DNA of 26,620 nucleotides from Thermoproteota archaeon (GTDB taxonomy: Archaea > Korarchaeota > Korarchaeia > Korarchaeales > Korarchaeaceae), in contig WALU01000019.1 of the NCBI GenBank assembly GCA_015522685.1, positions 1 through 26,620 on the forward strand, read 5' to 3'. Shown here piece after piece: positions 9,336 to 18,328 of this stretch (positions within the stretch are counted from its first letter, which is position 1; every line of letters begins with the position of its first letter). The translations under genes and the position numbers were made by a program. The notes under the pieces were generated by a model that made no database searches, was not told the origin of the DNA, and saw only the letters and a list, made by a program, of their open reading frames with translations.

Positions 9336-10691
9336 ATGGTTGAGATAGAGGAACTAAGCGAGGGACCTAGAATGGAGAGAATAGGAGCGCATAGCCACAT
9401 AAAGGGTCTGGGACTTGATGAAGATGGGAAAGCGAAAAAGATAGCAGATGGACTTGTTAGTCAGATAAAAGCTAGAGAAGCTGCTGGCCTGGTGGTGCTC
9501 ATGGCGAAAGAGGGAAAGCTTAGTGGAAAAGCTGTCCTTCTTGCTGGTCCACCTGGCACAGGTAAGACAGCAATAGCGGTTGCTATGGCCAGAGAGCTAG
9601 GTGAAGGAGTACCCTTCATACAGCTAAGTGGGTCTGAAATCTATAGTGCTGAGAGAAAAAAGACTGAGGTCCTCATGGAAGCAATGAGAAAGGCTATAGG
9701 AGTTAAGATCAGGGAACTGAGAAATGTTTATGAGGGTGAAGTTAAGGAATTGGATATTAAGACGGGATCTAGTCCCTACAATCCATTCGTCAAAGTACCT
9801 CAAGAGGCGGTTATAACACTGAAAACAACGGAAGAAGAGAAGAGAATAAGGATAGGTCCAAATGTTGCCAAACAGCTAATGGAATACGGGGTAACAGAAG
9901 GAGACGTGATAATGATAGACTCCAAGGATGGGAGGGTATCTAAGGTCGGAAAATCATCAGAATCTTTCTCTTATGATCTTGAAGCTGAACAGGTAGTTCC
10001 TCGACCAAATGGTCCAGTTCTTAAGGAGAAAGAGTTCGTTTATGTGCTTACTTTAGATGACTTAGATAGGATGGTAGCGAAAAGAAGAGGAGAAGGAATA
10101 TTCTCCCTTTTCTTAGGAGCGGAGGAAAAAGAGATCGATCCTGAAGCTAGAGCAGCTGTTGATCAGCAAGTGAAGGAATGGGTAGAAAAGGGAAGAGCTG
10201 AAATGATTCCTGGTGTTATGTTCATAGATGATGTTCATCTAATGGATATAGAAGCATTGAGCTTCATAAGTAGAGCCATGGAGAGTGAACTTGTCCCAAT
10301 AATAGTTATGGCTACCAATAGAGGTATCACTAAGATCAGGGGTACGGAGATAGAGTCGCCATTTGGTATGCCTTTAGATCTATTGGATAGGCTTGTAATA
10401 ATAACCACTGACAAGTACGGTGAAGAGGAAGTGAAGGACATATTGAAAATAAGGGCCAAGGAGGAAGAGATGAATATAGATAACGAAGCTCTCGCTCTTT
10501 TGACGAAACTAGGTGCTGAAAAATCTCTTAGATACTCTGTCCAAATTTTAGGAATAGCTGGAGCGAAGGCTAGGTCCAAGAATAAGGAAAAGGTGATTAA
10601 GAAAGATATAGAAGAAGTTGCTACGAGATTCAGCGATGTTAGAGAAGCTGTAAATCATTTAAAAAAGTATGAGGAAGAGTTGCTCAAATGA
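9336..10691 (+). CDS. TIP49/RuvB-like (RUVBL) AAA+ ATPase
   Basis: RIGAHSHIKGLGL, Walker A GPPGTGKT, GSEIYSAE, FIDDVH, ATNRG, DLLDRL, SLRYSVQ. ATG 9336 follows GGTGA. Confidence 0.96.
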   Translation: MVEIEELSEGPRMERIGAHSHIKGLGLDEDGKAKKIADGLVSQIKAREAAGLVVLMAKEGKLSGKAVLLAGPPGTGKTAIAVAMARELGEGVPFIQLSGSEIYSAERKKTEVLMEAMRKAIGVKIRELRNVYEGEVKELDIKTGSSPYNPFVKVPQEAVITLKTTEEEKRIRIGPNVAKQLMEYGVTEGDVIMIDSKDGRVSKVGKSSESFSYDLEAEQVVPRPNGPVLKEKEFVYVLTLDDLDRMVAKRRGEGIFSLFLGAEEKEIDPEARAAVDQQVKEWVEKGRAEMIPGVMFIDDVHLMDIEALSFISRAMESELVPIIVMATNRGITKIRGTEIESPFGMPLDLLDRLVIITTDKYGEEEVKDILKIRAKEEEMNIDNEALALLTKLGAEKSLRYSVQILGIAGAKARSKNKEKVIKKDIEEVATRFSDVREAVNHLKKYEEELLK

Positions 10692-10705
10692 GCCTTTCAC
10701 TTGAA

Positions 10706-10731
10706 TTTATTTATTTTTGATATTTTATTTT
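10706..10731 (+). terminator. T-rich archaeal terminator after TIP49
   Basis: TTTATTTATTTTTGATATTTTATTTT just after the stop codon. Confidence 0.45.
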
Positions 10732-10888
10732 CGCGCGCGCGATAATATAAAAGTTGAATGATAAATTTGTAGTCAAAGATTCAAACTGATCACTTAATGA
10801 GCTTCGCTGATAGATTAGCCTAATGCCATAAAGAGCATATCCCTACTAATATCAAAGTTTTTCATACAGAGGATAGCAGAAACCTGAG

Positions 10889-12391
10889 GTGATATCAACG
10901 AATCTAAGAAAAAGCATCGTGCTATTAATTCTTATATTGCTTCTAATTCCAATAGCCTCTATTCATGGGCAAAAATTCCTAACGTGGCATGATCCACTTG
11001 AAGTCCCCCAGCTACCTCGACTTGATGTAAAGGAGATGGCAGTTAGCTGGCAAGGTAATATTACATTGATTTTTAGCTTCTATAGGGAGTTAGAGAAGAA
11101 TATCTCCATAATAGGGAATATATATTTCGATAAGCTCATAGAAGGGGAAGGAGTTCCCTCTGGAGATACAAAGGGTGCTGATTATCGATTAATATTTCTC
11201 ATATCACCTGAGAGGAAGGTCTGTATCATAAACAGGTATGACTCCCTAAGAAACGAATGGGATATTACTATGTCGATTAAATGCAAGGCAAAGATAGAGG
11301 AAGGTAAGGTTATAGTCAAGACTCCCAATTTGACTAAAGCATTCCCTAAGAAGGAGTTTGGAGTTAAAGCTTATATATGGACATCGGAGAAGGACGATTT
11401 TGGCTGGGTTAACTATAAGATTCATAGAGATGGAAAAGCGATAATTGATGGTAAGCTTGGAGACTATACAGCTCCTATAATTCTTGATCCTGTTGGTGAT
11501 GCTGATCAGCTCGCTGACTATAAAGCATTATATGCTAAAGATGACTTTTATCACCTCTACTTCGCTATAGTGCCTGTGGATGGACTTGGATGCAAGTTGA
11601 GGGGATATGGAGCTAGGTTAGAGAGGTTCTTTGGAGTTTATATAGACGCTGATCTCAATAGATCCAATGGTTTCGAGCTAGCCAGTGAATACATATACAG
11701 ATGCAGTATGAAAGGAAGAGAGTGGGAAAGAATTCCACTAAGCTCTACATACATAAATAATCCTAGGCTGAGAAGGGAAGGTGTTATGATTGATAAGGTA
11801 TTTGAATCCTACGTTTATCTGGGTCCTATCCTCAATGAAATAGCTAAGAACAAGGAGTTCGGTCTTAAGGCGACCATAATAACTAGGGTAATGGACAGAG
11901 TACCTGATAACGGCTGGATCATATACTCCAATCAGGGAATATACCCAAAGGAATTTGAGGTTACTGGACCTCAGACGGATCTTGCTATGAATTCGGATAT
12001 ATCTGAACTATTCAAATCATTCGGCAAAGTATCAGGTACGAATAGGATAGTTTTGGGAGGGCCAGCAGTAAATCCATCATATGGGGCAAGCGTAAAATTC
12101 CTCAAGAGTAGCAGAGGCTACTATTCTGGTATTGAAGTGAATGGCACTGATTACTGGGTAAGCTATGGGTCCTCAGACTATGCAGTTGTATCTATCTCGA
12201 ACGTTGGGGGAGGTACATACATAATAGCTGCAGGAGTTACGAGATATGGAACCAGAGCCGCTTTGCTTTGGCTAAGTGAGAATATGCATCTCCTTAGAGG
12301 AGGAACATATGTACTGAGCTGGATAGATAACGGTAATGGTAAAGTGGAACTCAGCGAGATTGGGGTGATCTCGGCGAATGAAGGATCCTAG
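10889..12391 (+). CDS. Secreted cell-surface protein with two beta-sandwich-like repeats and a C-terminal S-layer-associated domain
   Basis: Signal peptide RKSIVLLILILLLIPIAS. Repeats begin WHDP... and ILDPVGD.... C-terminal IVLGGPAVNP and IIAAGVTRYGTRAA. Confidence 0.75.
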   Translation: MISTNLRKSIVLLILILLLIPIASIHGQKFLTWHDPLEVPQLPRLDVKEMAVSWQGNITLIFSFYRELEKNISIIGNIYFDKLIEGEGVPSGDTKGADYRLIFLISPERKVCIINRYDSLRNEWDITMSIKCKAKIEEGKVIVKTPNLTKAFPKKEFGVKAYIWTSEKDDFGWVNYKIHRDGKAIIDGKLGDYTAPIILDPVGDADQLADYKALYAKDDFYHLYFAIVPVDGLGCKLRGYGARLERFFGVYIDADLNRSNGFELASEYIYRCSMKGREWERIPLSSTYINNPRLRREGVMIDKVFESYVYLGPILNEIAKNKEFGLKATIITRVMDRVPDNGWIIYSNQGIYPKEFEVTGPQTDLAMNSDISELFKSFGKVSGTNRIVLGGPAVNPSYGASVKFLKSSRGYYSGIEVNGTDYWVSYGSSDYAVVSISNVGGGTYIIAAGVTRYGTRAALLWLSENMHLLRGGTYVLSWIDNGNGKVELSEIGVISANEGS

Positions 12392-13010
12392 ACTTATAGC
12401 CGTTGAAATATCAATAGCTCTCCTCTACGAGCTCCCTGATAAGCTCCTAGAGGGAGTAGATATGAAAAGATTGAAGAGCATAGTTCAGAGAACCATATAT
12501 AGCTTCATGACCTTGGAGGATCTCAAGGAGCAGGGAATATTAGATTCTATAAGTATGGAGGGGAAAATCTTTCTAAATAAATGGGTTAAACTAAAGGATA
12601 TGAATAGAAAACCGAGAGATCTTCTTAATGCGGCGAATATTAGATTCGCTGGTTTATCTTTGGCTAACCTTCCCGCTAGAGTAGGCAGGGAGCCTAAGCT
12701 TTATAGTGGTGTGGACTGCTTTTGGGGGACCATAATCAAGGTGGGTCCCTTTAATCATTTAAGAGCGACTCTAACAGATGCTAAAGAGAGATTTAGCATA
12801 GTGACTAATATGAATGTAAAGGAGAAAGATGTGATGGCCTTCGCAATCCTACCTCCGAGGAGATTTGGCGATTATGTCAGCGAAGGAATGTTCATTGAAG
12901 CGGAATCAAAGGGAATAAGTGGAGAGCAAGCTGTTCCGACTAGTAGAGGGAAGGGTGCTATAGAGTCAGTCCTCAGAGAGGAAGCTGCAAGATTAAAGAT
13001 AAGGATATGA
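12378..13010 (+). CDS. tRNA-binding EMAP/OB-fold protein (COG2517-like)
   Basis: N-terminal KDPRLIA; C-terminal IVTN and AILPPRRFGDYVSEGMF. Overlaps the upstream gene by 14 bp. Confidence 0.8.
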   Translation: MKDPRLIAVEISIALLYELPDKLLEGVDMKRLKSIVQRTIYSFMTLEDLKEQGILDSISMEGKIFLNKWVKLKDMNRKPRDLLNAANIRFAGLSLANLPARVGREPKLYSGVDCFWGTIIKVGPFNHLRATLTDAKERFSIVTNMNVKEKDVMAFAILPPRRFGDYVSEGMFIEAESKGISGEQAVPTSRGKGAIESVLREEAARLKIRI

Positions 13011-13023
13011 TTAGCAATGTAAT

Positions 13024-14061
13024 CTAACTTCTCAATTCACTCACCAAATCACTCCAAAACTGATATTCTTGTCTAGCTCTTGGGAGCTCAGAGTTAGATT
13101 TCTTAGTTAAGTAGCTATCCCACTTAATAGCATATCTCAGTAGAAACTTGTCATTATACCACTTTCCTAAGAAGTAAAGCAGCCTGATATGAAGCCTGTG
13201 ATAGTTCTCATCCGCTCTTCCGTGCTTTGGAGAATAGAGTGACCACTCTCCATCATCATATATTGGTAGAATCTTATGAAGCGTATCCAAGCCATCCTTT
13301 ATCAGTAGCTTGCTTACGTTGTTTCCCACTAAGGTATTGTATATAGTAAGCCCCTTAAGAGAAAGCATAAACCCATTCAGCACTAGATCGTCTGGGGCAT
13401 TAGAGTATTCTAAGTAGAACTTACCGTAAGGTGTACGAGTAACGAATCCTCCATTTTTCTGATCTATGAGGAAGCTATTAACTAGGCCTCTAGCTGCCTT
13501 AAGGAATCTAGGATCTCCGAACTTCTTATAGGATATTGCATAATATCCAGCGGCTATCCCCTGACATAGGGATGAGTTCCAAGGTATGCTAGTCTTCTCC
13601 CATCTAAAATAGAAGTTGAAGAAGAAGGCATTTCCATCCTGCTCTAGATAGCGCAATATCCAACTCATTATATCATGGAATTCTGTCCAATTTCTCCTGT
13701 AGAAAAGAGCTTCTGTTGCGAGGTTCATAGCATTAATCGGATGAACATTGAAGCCCTGTCCATTTATATAAACTAGTGGAATCTTCACGCCTTCAGAGGT
13801 AAATCTCTCAAAGAGTTTTGGCCTTTTATTGAGCTTGGAATAATCTAAATCGGCTATTAGGTCATCTATAAGCTGATTTTTCACAGGATCGCTCCCTCTC
13901 ACCGACTTAAACCTACTCAGCGTGTTCTCCATATCGCGTTGAAGCCGGCCGCACTCGCCCCATGGACCCAGCTCATTTATCAGGAGATAGAGACCATACA
14001 CTAGGAAAATTAGTATTAACATCACAATAATAAATCTTCTATAGTTTCTCAGTCTATCCAC
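13024..14061 (-). CDS. Membrane-anchored D-glucuronyl C5-epimerase family protein
   Basis: N-terminal TM helix. WNSSLCQG, FYLEY, VLNGFMLSLKGL, WSLY and YHRLHIRLL match the C5-epimerase C-terminal motifs. Confidence 0.85.
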   Translation of the reverse strand: MDRLRNYRRFIIVMLILIFLVYGLYLLINELGPWGECGRLQRDMENTLSRFKSVRGSDPVKNQLIDDLIADLDYSKLNKRPKLFERFTSEGVKIPLVYINGQGFNVHPINAMNLATEALFYRRNWTEFHDIMSWILRYLEQDGNAFFFNFYFRWEKTSIPWNSSLCQGIAAGYYAISYKKFGDPRFLKAARGLVNSFLIDQKNGGFVTRTPYGKFYLEYSNAPDDLVLNGFMLSLKGLTIYNTLVGNNVSKLLIKDGLDTLHKILPIYDDGEWSLYSPKHGRADENYHRLHIRLLYFLGKWYNDKFLLRYAIKWDSYLTKKSNSELPRARQEYQFWSDLVSELRS

Positions 14062-15727
14062 CCTTTATGCTATATATCTTCGCAATTTTATTGATATAGA
14101 ATGCTAGAGGGCATATATCGTTGCATATGTTGCAACTAGCACATTTATGAGGATCTATATGAGCTTTTCCATTGGCTATAAATATCGCATTGTTGCTACA
14201 ATATTCCTTACAGATACCACATCCGACACAGGCTACAGATCTTATTCCAACTTTAAGAGAATATGAAGGATCTCCCTTGAAATACACGTTCTTATTGCCA
14301 GCAATCAATGAGAATTTCTCCCCTATAATAAAATCTCCCCTTACATGACCAATAGATGGAGCTAAGGAGAGAAATCTCTTCTTATCATAAGGCTTCATAT
14401 GAACAATGCTTCTTCCTATGGCTGCTATCATGAGAGGTTTTCTCTCAACTTTACATAAGGTTTTCATTCTCCTTGGAGGATCAATCCACCTCCAAATGCC
14501 ATACTTTAACCAGCAGTCTTTGTATCCCATCTCAGTTGCATAATTTGATAGAAAATTCTCCCATCTACCCCAGAGATTCGGGTATCTCTCCTTAACTCTT
14601 CTATAGTCAGAGAGGCGTGATGATGGGCATAAGTAGCAACCAAGTCTCTCAAATCCTTTCTGATAAAGGGGATTGGTTTTTACTTTGCGAATCCCTATAT
14701 AGAGCCATGTTTCCAAGGAGCTCCAATCATTCAACGGAGCTCCTGTCATAAATTCGGGGAGCCACCTATTTCTCCATATGCTTTTACTCTTCATTCTAGC
14801 AAAAGATTCATATTTCCTCTGGCCAACTAGGGTTACTCCTGGAGCTAAGGACTTCAGAGCTTTCCTAGTGGGCGCCAATTTTAGGACCTTGCAGCACCAC
14901 CTGTAATCTCTAGCTGGTGGGCCAAATTTACTTACATACCTCCAGAAAGAATTTCCCTTTCCTTTTATATCATATCCAACCTCATTCACAAACTCAATCG
15001 TCTCCGGAAGCTCGAGCCCTGTATCACTGAAGTAGATGTAGTAAGATATATCACTCCTCCTGGCTAATTCAAGGAGGGCTGAACTATCCTTTCCTCCCGA
15101 GAAAGAGACTATAACATTCCCCCTCCTGCTAATCCTCCAAATGAATCTAATGGAGCTTGATTCCTTGGCAAGAATACATGGCTCATTCATTGATATAACG
15201 TTACTCCACCCGCTCCTAATATCTAATGGGTCTTTCCGTTCCTTGAAGGTCCTAGTTACTATATACCTATCTCCAATCCTCTCAGCGAGTCCGTTCTCTA
15301 GCAGCATGAATTTGGGATCCTCATGCGATGCTTTCCCTAATTCTTCTCCCCTGTAAGCTTCTCTATAGATCTTATCTATCCTATGGCCAATTCTTTTTAT
15401 AGAGGCCTCAAGAGGCTTGAAATACCATTCAAACTCGTATATATCGAAGAAAAGGTGTCCTAAGATCGAGCCGTCAGCTATAATTTCATAAGCGGTGTCC
15501 ATGTAAGGAACCCTACCCATGAGCACAACATCACTCCTAGGTAGTAGCTCGTTGTAAGTTCCAGCGCCAAATTGCTTATTTACCGTGTCTCTAAGTAGAT
15601 CGAGGTCCCATATGGTTGCGGGTCTTGGGTCGCTAATCTTAGACGTAGGAACTATTCTTAGGTCTGATTGAGGACATTTCTTTGATATCACAGGTACATT
15701 ATCTGAAGTGCTCCAGTAAAGCCTCAT
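14054..15727 (-). CDS. PAPS-reductase family protein with C-terminal 2x[4Fe-4S] ferredoxin
   Basis: PP-loop VSFSGGKDS, DTGLE, RWCC, GQRKYESFAR, RLGCYLCP; then CVGCGICKEYC and CASCNICNDICP. Confidence 0.9.
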   Translation of the reverse strand: MRLYWSTSDNVPVISKKCPQSDLRIVPTSKISDPRPATIWDLDLLRDTVNKQFGAGTYNELLPRSDVVLMGRVPYMDTAYEIIADGSILGHLFFDIYEFEWYFKPLEASIKRIGHRIDKIYREAYRGEELGKASHEDPKFMLLENGLAERIGDRYIVTRTFKERKDPLDIRSGWSNVISMNEPCILAKESSSIRFIWRISRRGNVIVSFSGGKDSSALLELARRSDISYYIYFSDTGLELPETIEFVNEVGYDIKGKGNSFWRYVSKFGPPARDYRWCCKVLKLAPTRKALKSLAPGVTLVGQRKYESFARMKSKSIWRNRWLPEFMTGAPLNDWSSLETWLYIGIRKVKTNPLYQKGFERLGCYLCPSSRLSDYRRVKERYPNLWGRWENFLSNYATEMGYKDCWLKYGIWRWIDPPRRMKTLCKVERKPLMIAAIGRSIVHMKPYDKKRFLSLAPSIGHVRGDFIIGEKFSLIAGNKNVYFKGDPSYSLKVGIRSVACVGCGICKEYCSNNAIFIANGKAHIDPHKCASCNICNDICPLAFYINKIAKIYSIKGG

Positions 15728-15817
15728 ACTTCCTCAACTTTTTATTAGGCAACTCTTAGACGGCGAGATGATCTTATCAGAGCTTAATATAAAGGCGACA
15801 TATATAACTCATATAGG

Positions 15818-16165
15818 AAGAAGGGAGAATCACTAGGGAGGTTCTTTCCCTCTACCCTAAATTGGTTAAGGATCTCAAGCTTGCTTCTATATTGGAAAGT
15901 AGTAATGGAGAAAAACTTTGGATGTGGCTAAGGTAATATGAAAAGCCTCTGAGGGCTGTATTATACAGACTTTGGAGAGTATATTGCAAAGATAACAACA
16001 CTGTCAGATTTGGAGCTAGCTTATATACTGGGAAAGTAAGAAAACTTCAGTTCAATAACATATCAATTCACCTACGTGCTAATTGAACCTGATGAGCTTT
16101 CCGGCAAAGATCTAGAGGCATAAAGGCTCCATGCTCTTCTGATGGCTTTAGATGGTAGCTCATGA
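15818..16165 (+). pseudogene. Possible decayed gene remnant
   Basis: Frame EEGRITREVLSLYPKLVKDLKLASILESSNGEKLWMWLR*YEKPLRAVLY, then a shifted frame YTDFGEYIAKITTLSDLELAYILGK*ENFSSITYQFTYVLIEPDELSGKDLEA*. Family not recognised. Confidence 0.3.
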
Positions 16166-16217
16166 ATATGTATAATACAGCTAGGATAGAATCACGCGCG
16201 ATTAGTCTACGCTAGGT

Positions 16218-17030
16218 CTAATCGATCTTATTAAGTTCATTAAGCTTCGTTGCTATTTCCTGGGCTCTCTTAGTAGCGGCTTCAACAGCTTTCATTATAG
16301 CAGTTCTTATACCGCTTTCTTCTAAGTAAAATATCCCCTCTATCGTCGTACCAGCAGGAGTTAGCACCATCTCCTTTATTATGGCTGGGTGCTTTCTCGA
16401 TTCAAGGTAAAGCTTGGCAGTACCATACACAGTATATGCAGAGCTTAGGTAAGAGAACTCTCTAGGCAGCCCCACTTTCAATCCAGCATATGCCATTGCC
16501 TCTATCAAAGTCGCGATGTACGCAGGACCACTTCCGCTGAGGGCTGTTACAGCATCCATTAGCTCTTCATCTACTTCTTGAGCCTCTCCCATTTCCTTAA
16601 GCAATTCCACTACTATAGCTTCATCCTTCACGTTTAGGCCTGGCTCTTTAGCGTATGCGGTGAAGGAGGCCTTTACTATTACAGCAATATTTGGCATTGC
16701 TCTAACTACTTTTGCCTTAGGAGCTGCTGCTTTCAGTTTTCTAATCGGTACTGCAGCTGCCACAGATATCAAAATCTTTCTATCCAGAAGATCTGAAATC
16801 TCTTTTATAACCTCTATAGCTTTGTATGGCTTTACTGCAACTATCACTATATCCGATCTGGAGGCGACCTCTCTATTATCGCTAGTTATCTCTACTCCAA
16901 AATTTTTCAGGTTTTCTATCTCATGGATTTTCCTTCTAGATGCTATAACTGACCATCTACCACTTTCAGCAAGTACTCTTGCTATTGCAGATCCTATCTG
17001 ACCAGCTCCTATTATACCCACGCTTCTCAT
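16218..17030 (-). CDS. proC: Pyrroline-5-carboxylate reductase
   Basis: GIIGAGQIG, AVKP, ISVAAA, RAMPN, TALSGSGPAY, TPAGTTIEG. Confidence 0.96.
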   Translation of the reverse strand: MRSVGIIGAGQIGSAIARVLAESGRWSVIASRRKIHEIENLKNFGVEITSDNREVASRSDIVIVAVKPYKAIEVIKEISDLLDRKILISVAAAVPIRKLKAAAPKAKVVRAMPNIAVIVKASFTAYAKEPGLNVKDEAIVVELLKEMGEAQEVDEELMDAVTALSGSGPAYIATLIEAMAYAGLKVGLPREFSYLSSAYTVYGTAKLYLESRKHPAIIKEMVLTPAGTTIEGIFYLEESGIRTAIMKAVEAATKRAQEIATKLNELNKID

Positions 17031-17100
17031 GAATTTTCAGCTCCTTACCTTACTTTTGGTATATAAAAAAAGATTATATATAAAAGAAAAGGTTGGTAGT

Positions 17101-17379
17101 TTACAAAGAAAGAGAATAAAGCCCGTCCTTGGATCTCTTCACATATCCTTTCTTAGCAAGAGATCTCATTTTTCCTGCTACTTTCTGAACGGACATCTCA
17201 GATTCTTTTGCTAGTTCTCCACATCTAGACGGCTTGTTTAGCTTTTCTAAAGCTTTAAGAATGGCCTTGGCTTCATTATCTATTTCCAAAGAGTCTATTT
17301 TGCTCTTCTTTGCTTTAACTTTCTTGGATGATGATTTGGCAGCTTTACTAGTCCTCCTACCTCTCTTCTTCCTAGGCAC
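17101..17379 (-). CDS. Small basic winged-helix protein with a Lys/Arg-rich N-terminal tail
   Basis: GTG 17379 after AAGGTGA SD gives 92 aa. Winged helix AILKALEKLNKPSRCGELAKESEMSVQKVAGKMRSLAKKGYVKRSKDGLYSL. Confidence 0.8.
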   Translation of the reverse strand: MPRKKRGRRTSKAAKSSSKKVKAKKSKIDSLEIDNEAKAILKALEKLNKPSRCGELAKESEMSVQKVAGKMRSLAKKGYVKRSKDGLYSLSL

Positions 17380-17582
17380 CGGGTCACCTTTCCATTTGGC
17401 TACCTGTAAAATTAATACTTTACTCATAAAGTCTGATATAGAGGAAGGGAATCTACTATTAACTCCCTATGAGATTATGCTCAAGAGATTTTACCCTTAT
17501 GTTAAACAATTTCTCTCAAGAAGTTCGTTAATTGTTGAATTATATCTATTAAATAAAAGCTATGTGTAACTTTGGTGGGTAT

Positions 17583-17840
17583 ATGATTAGAGTAATCGAT
17601 TGGACCAATTTTCCCGATGTTCCAGAAGGTATATCCAAGTTAGACATAACAGAAGTTAAAAGAGTTTATGACTACGATCTTCCCCCACTTGTTGTCTATG
17701 TTGGTGTTGCAGAAGATCTTTCAAGTAATGTGATTCCTGTAGTTGGCGTTGTTGAAGAAGGCAGTGATATGGCTAAGTTGTATCTGCTTGAGAAAGGAGA
17801 GGAAAATAGAGAAAGGGAGTTAATTGCCTCCCTCGCCTAA
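17583..17840 (+). CDS. Small acidic hypothetical protein
   Basis: ATG 17583 after GGTGG, 85 aa, followed by a T-rich terminator-like tract. Confidence 0.7.
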   Translation: MIRVIDWTNFPDVPEGISKLDITEVKRVYDYDLPPLVVYVGVAEDLSSNVIPVVGVVEEGSDMAKLYLLEKGEENRERELIASLA

Positions 17841-17862
17841 ATTATCTTTTTCTTTTTATTTT
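17841..17862 (+). terminator. T-rich terminator
   Basis: ATTATCTTTTTCTTTTTATTTT directly after the stop codon. Confidence 0.45.
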
Positions 17863-18117
17863 ACTATCCGAACTTAAATGAGTAGTCTTGCTTGTTAGAA
17901 GGATAGCCTAGGACTGATATCATTGAGTATGGCCACAGTCCAAGTATAGTGACTATATCAGTTATAATGCCTTTATGAGGGATATTAAACAAGAGTTTTT
18001 AGATAATGGTATGAGCAAGATAAGAGTTATAGATAAGCTCATTTAAAAGAAGATAACAAACTAAGAAAAAGAAACCAAAATTTAAAGGAGAATAAAACTC
18101 TTCTTTTTTTTATCTAT

Positions 18118-18324
18118 CTATACCTGCACAATGTATATATCCCTGCAGGCTTTGACTGAGTCATAGGGAATAGTCCTTTTCTCCCCCTTCCTGCCGGTAG
18201 ATACAACTAAAGCTGCCAACCTGCCCTCTACATCATCGAAAATGAAATCCTCTGTTATCCCTAAGTACTGCCCATCGCTTGTATAAATCTGCATATCATA
18301 CAATTCAGAAATCTTTCTAGCCAT
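18118..18324 (-). CDS. PRC-barrel domain protein (CdpB-like)
   Basis: ISELYDMQIYTSDGQYLG.TEDFIFD...GRL...IPYDSVKACRDIYIV matches the PRC-barrel pattern. Confidence 0.88.
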   Translation of the reverse strand: MARKISELYDMQIYTSDGQYLGITEDFIFDDVEGRLAALVVSTGRKGEKRTIPYDSVKACRDIYIVQV

Positions 18325-18328
18325 GGAA

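Noticed and set aside
10219-10239. TIP49 Walker B DDVH instead of DEVH as a sign of inactivity
   Set aside because: To my knowledge DD occurs in other archaeal TIP49 proteins, and all other motifs are intact.
10732-10741. CGCGCGCGCG tract after the TIP49 terminator
   Set aside because: Striking in AT-rich DNA but single and short, with no supporting structure.
10758-10810. Box C/D sRNA (ATGATAA...CTGA...TTAATGA...CTGA)
   Set aside because: Box C is imperfect and the guide spacers (about 21 and 6 nt) do not fit the usual ~12 nt.
15911-16120. IS1-like transposase remnant (KLWMW, YYTDF, FNN)
   Set aside because: Motifs are in different frames with spacing too short, and no terminal inverted repeats are visible. 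Kept only as an unassigned remnant.
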